Positions 47,620 to 57,161 of a stretch of 64,000 nucleotides of DNA are shown here, piece after piece. Where the stretch lies: contig OZ251229.1 in the NCBI GenBank assembly GCA_965240325.2, positions 1,674,001-1,738,000 of the forward strand. The letters run 5' to 3'. Positions within the stretch are counted from its first letter, which is position 1. Each line of letters starts with the position of its first letter. Made by a program: the position numbers and the translations under genes. Origin of the DNA: Rebecca billardiae RCC1528. Its lineage: Eukaryota; Protista; Haptophyta. The notes beneath the pieces are model-generated. The model had not been told where the DNA came from. It did not search any database and saw only the letters and a program-made list of their open reading frames with translations.

Positions 47620-48443
47620 ATAAAATTTATTTTTAATTTGGTTAGCAACTGCTGCCATTATGTTTGCGAATAATTATATTTTATTGGCAACTACTGCCAT
47701 GATTTAAAATAGCATAACATTTAAAAAGAATGGTAGAGTTCATATTATAAATGTGGTCTGGATAAGTTATTTTATTCCTAAAACATTTCCATCAGCGAAG
47801 TCAGAAGATAGCCAGCAGTTACTGTAGCTGGTTAATTTTAGTGTAATTAATATATATATATATGGTATGATTTTAAATAGGCCGTTCCACGCTCTAAATA
47901 GGGGAAAGGGGTACGTCTGGCCGAATCTGTAGCTAAAATGCCTACCCATTTAGACTTAGAGCCTTTGGCACAACCCCTCAACCTCCTCCCCGGTGCTAGA
48001 CGACTCACTCATAATTTCCACTCAGCAGCATATATATTGAAGCGTGTCGTAGTCTGACTCATCATCAATCAATGAATCATCATCACTATCATCACTATCA
48101 GCGGCCCAGCGCCAGCGGGCTTAGCTCATAGGTCATAAATTATTATTGTTGACAGGTTGCACAGGAAACTGTCCTTGGTGTTACATTTCTGAGAGACGGC
48201 GCCTCTGAAGGATGGCGCCCGCCCACTCGCCGCTCGTGGGTGGCGCGCGCCTCGCGTGTCGATGCAGCCCCGCATCATGACTAGCTGAATGCGCGTGTCG
48301 TCAGGACTTGTCCGCGTGCGCTACATCCCTTGAGCTAGCACAGCCGGGACCCCCTCGCCGTCGGCAGTGACTGTCATCATCCCATCACACGTCGCGTGAG
48401 ACGGCAAACAGCCACGGCAGCATCACCCTCTCGTCCAGGATCA

Positions 48444-49740
48444 TCAGGCAGCTGGAGACAGTCCTCCCTTCGACGCGTCTCGGAGCGAGCGCACACGCCC
48501 AGCTCTATCTGCGTCACACCGCCCGCGCCATCCGTCTCGAGCCCAACGCCCGTCACCACGCGCAGTATGGCAAACCGTCATGATCGGACCGAGCTCGTCG
48601 CCCGAGTGCAGCCTTCGCCCGCAATGCCGCGCGCGAGCATTCGAGTTCGACAATAAGTCGTCAGCGACTTGTGGGCCGGCGGGGAGATCCACGCGTGGCA
48701 TAGATACCATGTAGGTCGTCAGCTCCTGCTCGGTGTACGCACGCGCTCTGCATCTGAACACTTGATAGAAGCTCTCGATCATCACCATCGAGCTGTCTAC
48801 GTGAGCCTGTGCGACCGTCTGCGCAACACCTCGCGCCTCACCCTTGATGCTGAGCTCACGCGAGACAAAGAAGGCTATGTAGGGCTCAATGACATTCATA
48901 CAGTGAGAGCGTCCTTGCCGCAGCGAGCGACAGCTTCCTTCGCCCGCTTCTTAGCACTCGCCCTGCTGTTCTTGGGCGTGAGTGAGGCGTGGTGCCTCGT
49001 CAGCCTGCTGAGCGGTTCTTGTCGATGCGTGTCACAGCGCGGAAGCAGGTGTGCGTTCGCGAGGCGTCGTGCGTGGATGCCGTTCTTCATGCTGACGACA
49101 TAGATAGACTGCGTAGCGGCCGTCTCCTCATCCAAGAGCCTCGAGCATGCCACGACTCTGACACTTCAGCGCTCCGGCCGGCGCGCATGCACCATCAAGT
49201 GCAACCGAGCGGTTGAGAGGTAGCCGCCGCCAGCTTTTCGAACCTCACCAACACGCGCTGGATGAACATTGCAAAGTTGTCGCATACTATGAGTGTCGCG
49301 TGTCTCTTCCCGCGACTGTTGCTGCGCGACGTGATGTGCAAGACCAGTCGCGCGCGCGCTCCATCCAATACACGCACGGCTGATGAATGGACGTGGCCGA
49401 GCGCAAGCACGCACGCGCGAGTCGTAGGCTGCGAACGTCGTGTGCAGCCAGACTGCGACGTGCACGGCACGTATCCACCTTGCATTGCTACGTCTCTTCA
49501 CACCGGGCCTGGGACTCTTCCAGGCTGAGACGGCCTGCTCTGCTGCCCTCTGTGACTCAGATGCCGCGCGAACGTGCCGCGCGGCTGCGCGATGTCGCGA
49601 TTGGAGCTCAAGGGTGGTTGACTTTCGGTACATGCTACTCAAGCAGGAAGAGGCCGATCGAGGCGCGGAGTGGCGCGCTGCACCCGCAACAGCGGGCATC
49701 GTGCAGCGCGCGAGAGCGCGCGCCGCTTCCGGGCGCACGG
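48444..49740 (-). pseudogene. Degraded coding relic of unknown identity
   Basis: Protein-like fragments in changing frames (VIEPYIAFFVSRELSIKGEARG...ESFYQVFRCRARAYTEQEL; SMRQLCNVHPARVGEVRK), broken by stops. Confidence 0.3.
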
Positions 49741-50090
49741 CGACGGCGCCATGTACCGAAAGACGGGTGGACAGGTCGCGTCCACTGGGAATGTAACATC
49801 TGTCAGTCGCGGGCGGTCATTTTTCCGTGCAACCTGTCTGTTATTACATCAATTAAAATTAATTATAATATTATAATAATAAATACTACTAATAATAATT
49901 AATATTGATATACTTTGTCACGCGACTCATCGTCAGTCAATTTATGACGCGATGCCCTTATTACGGGCGCGTTAGCCCGTTAGGCTCCGTTACTCGCGAG
50001 TCGTTCACTCGTCGTTAGCCGTACTCCGCAGCGTAAGAGAAGGTTAAAAATAGAAACGAACGGTGTAACACGTATACGCCAGCACGCTCA

Positions 50091-52445
50091 TCACGCAAAG
50101 AGCTCGTCCATCAGCATCTCGTCCTCGTCTTGCTCAGCCGTGCCTGCATGCCTGCTTCGGCGGAGCTCCGCGTCGCCCGGGCGGAGCGGCTGGTCGTCGC
50201 GCTGGTGCGGCGGCACCATCTCCACCGTCGCGCGGCCGGACGGACGATGCGCTCGGCTCGGCGTGATGCGCTGGCCGATCGCCGAGGCGAGCGCCGACGC
50301 GGACGGCCGGTGCGAGCGCGTGCTCTGCTGTGCGCGCAGCGTCTCTGCCGCCTCGCACGCGGCCGTGCTGGCTGACCTGCTACTCGCCTGCGAGAGCGAG
50401 TGCGCCGGCTCGTTGAACAGCTGGACGGAGGAGGCCCGCGAGGCCCAGCGAGACGGCCCGCTCTTGTGCCGAAGTTGTCGGCGGGCGAGCACCGCCGCGA
50501 GAACGCACGCCGTGCACACCGCCACCGCGAGCCCCGAGCTCAGCCCGATCACGAGACCTGCGGGCGCGCTCGTCGCGGCCGCGAGCGTTTCCTGCCCGCC
50601 AGGCGACGCGTCGTCGTCGCCGTCGCCGCCGCCGCCGCCCGTCGAGGGCGTGGCGGCACCGCCTCCAGATGAGGCGCTCGAGCTGCTCGAGCTCAAGCCG
50701 CACATCCGCGCCGCGCCGCCCTCGCCGAGCCACAGCGCGTAGTCCGCCTCCGCCTGGGCGGCGTAATCGCGCGCAAAGTTCGCCACCTCGGCGTGGAAAT
50801 TCGAGGCCGACTGCGCGTGTTCGGTCAGGCTCGCGACGGCGGCCTCGAGCGAGGTACTCACGAGTGAGTTGGCCGGCGCCGGCGCGTCGTCGTCGTCGTC
50901 GGCGCGCGCGTGCGCGGCCGCGACCACGGTGCCCCACTGCGACGCGGCCTGGCTCAGCCGCTGCGCCGTGGTCAGCTCGTCCGTGTCGAAGGCCTACGCG
51001 CGAGGGGCGAGCGCGGCGCGCCGTGCGCAGGGCAGCGCACATGATCAACTCTTTGGAATGGGCACAGCCAGTCAGCACCCAAGCCCCAGCCGGGCCGCGC
51101 GCGCGGCGGGGCGGGTGGGGCACACCAACGCGCGCGCGAGCGTGTGGCGGGGTCGGCCGAGGGCGCGCGTGCTGCGGCCACGCACCCGCTCGTACGGCGA
51201 GAGCTCGTGCACGACGAACGCGCACCCAGCCGCGGCCGCAGCCGCCGGCAGCCGCGCTTCGCAGACGGAGGCTGGCAGTTGTGCATGGCCTGTGAACAGG
51301 TCGGGGTGAGCGAGCATGGCGCGGCGCGCGAGGGCGGCGCGCTCGCCCTCGGTGGCGATCGCGGCGTCGACCGCGGAGGTCTCCGCCGCCGACGCCAGCA
51401 CCGCCGCAGGCGGCCGCGCCTGCAGCCGCAGCTGGAGCAGCACGTCGTCGGCGTCCGCGTCGGTCGGGCCGCGGAGCAGCGCGACGAACGCCGCAGGCCC
51501 CTCGGCAGTCGACTCGGCGACGTCGAGGACGGCGAAGGCGGAGGCGCCGCCGGGCGCGGAGGCGCAGGCGGCGCAGCTGCTCGTGCTCGCGTGGTACGCC
51601 GCCACCGCGTCCACCACGGCCGCGCGCGTCGCCTCGTCCACGTCGGCGAGCTGAGGGTTGGCTGGGTCGCATCGGGCGCTCTGCGCCGCGGCGGTCGCGA
51701 CGGTGCGCAGGCCGCGGCCGCCACCGCCCGCCGTCCACGAGCACGCGAGCTGCGAGAGCATGGCCGCGCGCGCCGTGGCGAGCGCCTCGCTCTCCACGTC
51801 CTCCAGCAGGCTCCGCAGCCGGCCGCTCGCGCCCGTCGCCTCGCTCAGCGCGAACTCGCGCGCGCGCGGCGCATTGATGTTGTGAAATGCGAGCCGGCTT
51901 GCATACTGCGATGCAAACGTGGTGACGGCTGCGTACGCGGCGGCGGCGGTGAGCTCGGCGGCGTAGAGGGCGTGCCGGTTGTGCCGCGCGAGCAGCTCGA
52001 GCGCCGTCGCAAAGCGGTACACGTCGATCAGGTACGAGCCCGGCCACGCCTCGTCCAGGGCGGCCACATCGAGCACGGCCGAGTCCGCCACTCCGCCCGG
52101 GAGTGTGCGGATGGCGCGCGGGTGCAGGTTGCCGGCGATCCAGGTCTTCGGCGCGGCGAACGGGCTTGCGCTCAAGATGTCCTGCGTATGCAGGTCGTGG
52201 AAGAAGAGCGGCGCGCTCGACTCGAAGAACGCGAGCGCGCCCTCTCGCGCAAGCCGCTCGGCGCGCGCCTCGCATGCTGCGCTCCCGAGCCGCGCGCCTG
52301 CGTCCGCGAGCCGGGCGAGCACGACGTCGGCACGGGAGACGCCCTCGTCGAGCACCCACGCCGCCCGAGCCGGCGAGCCGAGCTCAAGCCACACGGCCGC
52401 AGACACAACCACCGCCGCAAGCGTGCGCGCGCGCCCCCTCGGCAT
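50091..52445 (-). CDS. Secreted or type I membrane DUF2252-family (protein-kinase-like fold) protein with degenerate catalytic motifs
   Basis: Hydrophobic N-terminus; FFHDL, TWIAGNLHPRAI, LDVAALDEAWPGSYLIDVYRFATAL, VVHELSPYE, WGTVVAAAHARAD, FARDYAAQAEADY; C-terminal TM LVIGLSSGLAVAVCTACVLAAVL. Phase-0 intron at 51185-50994 (GTGCGT...CGTAG). Confidence 0.8.
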
Positions 52446-52955
52446 CTCGACCGTGCCCCGCAGCAGCCGTGCTCGTAGCCGTGCGCTTTCAGCTGAGATG
52501 CCGAGATCGCCATCTCGCGCGACGCCCAATGTAGTAAGTCACTATTACTAAAAGCGGGCATGATCATGATTAATAGTCGCAATATTCATCCGGTGTCGCA
52601 TGGCGGTGGTCAAGGACGGCTGAACCCACGCCATGGTGCACAAACTTGCGCCGGTCGTGCACGTTCGGACGCAGTGCTCGTCGTGCCACTCCGCGCATGC
52701 GATAGCCGACCGAGCAGCAGACAAGAAGCGGCTAGCTGATCCAGCGATACCACGCGGCTCACGCGAGAGTGAGTCTCACGGGCGCGTGCCATGTCGGCGG
52801 TCCCCCGTGCTAGTGCACATCTCTGGCAGTGATGACTCGTTGCGATGCAGCGCAAACGGATGCTGCGTGCGGTGTGCTGACTGCTTGGTGTTGACTGGGG
52901 TCGTGTGTACATCACTAAGTGTTGCAAGCTGCCGACCGATTGGCGTGCACAGGGT

Positions 52956-55900
52956 TTACCCAGTGCGGCGTGGGGCCAGCAGCAGCCGGCGGCGGGCCTG
53001 CTCGGGGCATGTCTCGTGGCACTCGTAGCTCCAGTCTGTGCTCGGGTCACCATCAAAGTCGCCGAGGCACTCCGTCAGCCCGGCACAGCACTCGATCTTG
53101 GGCCAGCTGTACTTCCACGGGTTGCCAGCAGACTGCGTGCAGGATGGCGGCGAGGGCGGCGAGGGCGGCGGCGACGGCGGCGGCGAGGCCGACGGGCAGG
53201 TCTCGTGGCACTTGTACGTGAACGGCGTGGCGTCGTCGCGGTCAAAGTCGCCGAGGCACTCCGTCAGCCCGGCGCAGCACTCGATCTTGGGCCAGCCGTA
53301 CTTCCACGGGTTGCCGGCAGACTCGGTGCACGATGGCGGCGACGGCGGCGGCGGCGGTGGCGTCGGCGGTGCCGACGGAGCCGGCGGCGCGTGTGGCGAG
53401 GGCGGCGGCGGCGAGGCCGACGGGCAGGTCTCGTGACACTCGTAGCTGAACGGCGTGTTGTCGTCGCGGTCAAAGTCGCCGAGGCACTCGGTCAGCCCGG
53501 CGCAGCACTCGATCTTGGGCCAACCCTTGGCCCAAGGGTTGCCCGCCGGCCCCGTGCACGTGGGCGGCGACGGCGACGACGGCGGTGGCGTCGGCGGCAA
53601 GGACGGCGCTGGCGGGGCGGACGGAGCTGGCGGCGCGTGCGGCGAGGGCGGCGGCGGCGAGGCCGACGGGCAGGTCTCGTGGCACTCGTACGTGAACGGC
53701 GTGGCGTCGTCGCGGTCAAAGTCGCCGAGGCACTCCGTCAGCCCGGCGCAGCACTCGATCTTGGGCCAGCCGTACTTCCACGGGTTGCCCGCAGACTCGG
53801 TGCACGATGGCGACGACGGCGGCGGCGGCGGTGGCGTCGGCGGTGCCGACGGAGCCGGCGGCGCGTGTGGCGAGGGCGGCGGCGGCGAGGCCGACGGGCA
53901 GGTCTCGTGACACTCGTAGCTGAACGGCGTGTTGTCGTCGCGGTCAAAGTCGCCGAGGCACTCGGTCAGCCCGGCGCAGCACTCGAGCTTGGGCCAACCG
54001 CCTGCCCACGGGTTGCCGCCCGCGGCCGTGCACGACGGAGAAGGGCACGGCGCCATGTCGAGGTACGACGCGTCGCACCCGTCCACGCCGGCCGCGCAGC
54101 AGTCGAACATGCACCGCTCGTGCGCCACCGCGTCGCACGCGACGTGCGCGCACTTTGCCTCGGCGCGTGCGACGTCCATCAGGCAGCAGTCCGGACCGGG
54201 ATGAGGGCAGTCGAGCTCGGGGATCTCGTCGAGCTCGCCGCAGCTCTCGCGCATCGCGGCGAACTGCGGCGAGCCGGTGGAGAAGAGGATCTGCTCGTCG
54301 GCGAGCTTGGCGAGCCGCGTCGCCGTGTCGTTGCTCACGCACAGCCCCGCCGCGCCCGCCTCCGCCGTGGCGTGCTGCTGCGGCACGTACGTGTACGCGT
54401 CGAACCAGTGGCCGAGCGACGCGACCGTGCCCTCGCGACGCGTGATGCGGAGCTGCACGCCGCCGCGCGTGACCGTGAGGAGGCCAAAGCCGTCGCTCGC
54501 GGCCACGTGCGTGCCGTCGTCGGTCGTGAAGTCGTGCTCGCCCGCGCCGAGCGGCACCCCGTCGACGAGCATCGCGCCGCCGTACAGCTCGTACGAGTGC
54601 GCGCCGAGCGACCACGCGAGCGCGCCGTTCGAGCCGGCAGCGAGGCCCCAGCGGCACTGGTACGAGTGGAGGCGGAGGCCGGCGCCGGGCACGCTGGCAA
54701 GCTCGTACGCGCCGAAGCCCATGAAGTCGAAGCGCTCGCCCTCGAACGTGGTGAAGTGCGGGTCACCGATTGACTCGCACATGGCCGAGTCAGCAATCGC
54801 GGCGGGCGGCGCCGACGGCGCGGGCGGCGCCGACGGCGCGGCCGGAGCCGCCGGGCAGCTCTCGAGGCACTCGTAGCTCCATGGCGTGGCCTCGTCGCCG
54901 TCAAAGTCGCCGAGGCACTCGGTCAGCCCGGCGCAGCACTCGCGCTTGGGCCAGCCGTACGCCCATGGGTTGCTGCCCGAGGCGGTGCACTCCGGCGAGG
55001 GCGGCGAGGGCGGCGGCGCCGACGGCGCGGGCGGCGCCGACGGTGCGGGCGGTGCTGAGGGCGGCGACGGGCAGCCAGCGCGGCACTCGAACGACCAGTG
55101 CGTGCTCGGGTCGTGGTCGAGGTCGCCGAAGCACTCGGACAGCGGCGAGCAGCACGGGATCTTGGGCCAGCCCGACGCCCACGGGTTGCCCCCCTCGCCC
55201 GTGCACGTCGGCCGCTCGGGCTCTGCGTGGCAGCTGGCCGTCTCCGGGTACGCCTTCTTGCACTCGTCGACGCCCGAGGCGCAGCAGTCGTACAGGCAGC
55301 GCTCGTGCATCACGGGGTCGCACTTGACGTGCGCGCACAGCTCGGTCGCGTGCGACCGCTCCATCACGCAGCACTCCGCGCCCGGATTGCCGCACGGCGG
55401 CTCGGGCGCGTCCGCGGCCGCCTGCTCGCACTGCGAGCGCATCTGCGTGAAGGGCGCCGACTCCGAGCTGAAGAGAGAGTCGTCGTTGGAGAGCAGGTGG
55501 CGCTCGGGCGCGAGCGCGGCGGCGCACAGACCCTCGACGCCCGCGTCGTCCGCCACCGCGTCGTCGCGCGTGCGCACGTACACGTCGTACCAGTGCGACG
55601 TGGCGAAGTCGCCCGTGCGCCGGTACGCGCGCACGCTCGTCATGCCGAGGTCGACGCGCACTGTGTCAAGCCCGCCGCGCAGCTCGAGCATGGCGCCGTC
55701 GTCGAGGCGGTGCTCGCTCGTGGAGGAGAGGAAGGTGTGCGCCTCGCTGCCCTCGGACGCGCCCTTGAAGAACGCTGGGCGCTGACCGTCGACCAGCAGC
55801 TCCTCGCCGTACAGCTCGTAGGTGTGCTTGCCGAGCGTGAACGCGACCGCCGTGTTGGACGAGGCGGCGAGGCCCCAGCGGCACTGGTACGTGTGCACGC

Positions 55901-56603
55901 GCAGGCCGACGGCGGGCACGTGCGCGAGCTCGTAGGTGCCGACGGCCTGGAAGTCGTACCGCGCGCCGTCGAATGTCGAGATGTGCGGGTCGCCAACCGA
56001 CTCGCACACCGAGATGCCCGTCGGGATGGCGGGCGGCGATGAGGGCGCGGGCGGCGCATGCGGCGCGGGCGGGGCCGAGGGCGCGGGCGGCGCCGACGGC
56101 GCCCACAGCTCGGCGCAGTCAGAGCGGCAGCGGTACGAGGGTGTCGCATCTGGGCCGTCGAAGAAGTACAGGCACTCGTCCGTGCCCGCGCAGCACGGCC
56201 GCTGCGCACCCGACGCGTACGGGTCCTCGCCCTTGGGCGTGCACATGCCTGAGGTAGAAGGCAGCGCGTTGCACGACTCGAGGCAGAGGAAGGAGGCGAT
56301 GCCGTGCGCGTGGAAGTCGCCGAGGCAGGACTCAAGGCCGGTGCAGCAGAGTCGCTGTGCGCCCGACGCCCACGGATCTTGGTTCACGCCCGTGCACATG
56401 TCCGCGCGCGGCGGCGCCGCGCAGTCCTCGAGGCAGAGGAAGGAGGCGACGCCGTCCGAGTCAAAGTCCGACTTGCACTCCGTGAGGCCATCGCAGCAGT
56501 GCGAGTGGGTGCCGCCGAGCCAGGGGTCCTCGCCAGGTGCCGCGCACGTTGCCGCGGCGGCGGAGCGCGCGCCCGCGGCGAAGAGTACGAGTGCGAGATG
56601 CAT
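52956..56603 (-). CDS. Secreted protein with two von Willebrand factor type D (VWD) domains and ten 6-Cys repeats joined by Pro-rich linkers
   Basis: Signal MHLALVLFAAGARSAAA; CESVGDPHISTFDG and CESIGDPHFTTFEG, each followed by a C8-like tail (ERCxxDCC); repeat CTxxxGNPWxxGWPKIECCAGLTECLGDFDxDxxTxxxYECxExC. Confidence 0.9.
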   Translation of the reverse strand: MHLALVLFAAGARSAAAATCAAPGEDPWLGGTHSHCCDGLTECKSDFDSDGVASFLCLEDCAAPPRADMCTGVNQDPWASGAQRLCCTGLESCLGDFHAHGIASFLCLESCNALPSTSGMCTPKGEDPYASGAQRPCCAGTDECLYFFDGPDATPSYRCRSDCAELWAPSAPPAPSAPPAPHAPPAPSSPPAIPTGISVCESVGDPHISTFDGARYDFQAVGTYELAHVPAVGLRVHTYQCRWGLAASSNTAVAFTLGKHTYELYGEELLVDGQRPAFFKGASEGSEAHTFLSSTSEHRLDDGAMLELRGGLDTVRVDLGMTSVRAYRRTGDFATSHWYDVYVRTRDDAVADDAGVEGLCAAALAPERHLLSNDDSLFSSESAPFTQMRSQCEQAAADAPEPPCGNPGAECCVMERSHATELCAHVKCDPVMHERCLYDCCASGVDECKKAYPETASCHAEPERPTCTGEGGNPWASGWPKIPCCSPLSECFGDLDHDPSTHWSFECRAGCPSPPSAPPAPSAPPAPSAPPPSPPSPECTASGSNPWAYGWPKRECCAGLTECLGDFDGDEATPWSYECLESCPAAPAAPSAPPAPSAPPAAIADSAMCESIGDPHFTTFEGERFDFMGFGAYELASVPGAGLRLHSYQCRWGLAAGSNGALAWSLGAHSYELYGGAMLVDGVPLGAGEHDFTTDDGTHVAASDGFGLLTVTRGGVQLRITRREGTVASLGHWFDAYTYVPQQHATAEAGAAGLCVSNDTATRLAKLADEQILFSTGSPQFAAMRESCGELDEIPELDCPHPGPDCCLMDVARAEAKCAHVACDAVAHERCMFDCCAAGVDGCDASYLDMAPCPSPSCTAAGGNPWAGGWPKLECCAGLTECLGDFDRDDNTPFSYECHETCPSASPPPPSPHAPPAPSAPPTPPPPPPSSPSCTESAGNPWKYGWPKIECCAGLTECLGDFDRDDATPFTYECHETCPSASPPPPSPHAPPAPSAPPAPSLPPTPPPSSPSPPTCTGPAGNPWAKGWPKIECCAGLTECLGDFDRDDNTPFSYECHETCPSASPPPPSPHAPPAPSAPPTPPPPPPSPPSCTESAGNPWKYGWPKIECCAGLTECLGDFDRDDATPFTYKCHETCPSASPPPSPPPSPPSPPSCTQSAGNPWKYSWPKIECCAGLTECLGDFDGDPSTDWSYECHETCPEQARRRLLLAPRRTG

Positions 56604-56926
56604 GGTCGCGTCGCGCCCTTCGTGCGTCGTCCGCCGATGGTTTAGACGGGAGTTCGCGCCCACGAGCAGCAGGGAGGTTTTACACCGCGACTTGAACCGG
56701 CGGTATCACCGCTTTTAACAGTTCTCACACAGATCTGGTAATCTGGCGGCCAGGCCGAGCGCGAGATACATTGGAGATGTTCATCGCGATTCAACCTACT
56801 CAGGTCTAAAGTCTAAACCGACTGATGCGCTGTTGGCTGATCCACAGGGCGGATCGACCACACACACAATCCGGACGGTAAAAACACCGCGCGGAAAAAA
56901 ATGTGTGCGCGTCTGTCTACGGTGCT

Positions 56927-57140
56927 TCATGGGCGGTGACAGTTGGCGGGCGTCAATCTCGCCTGCCTGAGCTGTGTGCGTCTCTTATTCTTAGTAAACT
57001 GTGCCCCTCACCTGCCTGCGCCGAACCAAGTGTGCACGTTAAAACACAGTAAACTGACTGATGTACAGTTTACTAAGAATAAGAGACGCACACAGCTCAG
57101 GCAGGCGAGATTGACGCCCGCCAACTGTCACCGCCCATGA
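56927..57140. mobile_element. ~214 bp foldback MITE-like element with ~76-bp perfect inverted repeats; solo arm fragments at ~14041-14092, ~23488-23537 and ~35240-35302
   Basis: TCATGGGCGGTGACAGTTGGCGGGCGTCAATCTCGCCTGCCTGAGCTGTGTGCGTCTCTTATTCTTAGTAAACTGT and its exact reverse complement. Confidence 0.85.
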
Positions 57141-57161
57141 CACAGTAGTGATACTTTAGTT

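Noticed and set aside
20781-47620. A single 27-kb giant transposon bounded by long TIRs
   Set aside because: The two ends are clearly diverged and each has its own partner end nearby (23195 and 43667), so two separate elements fit better.
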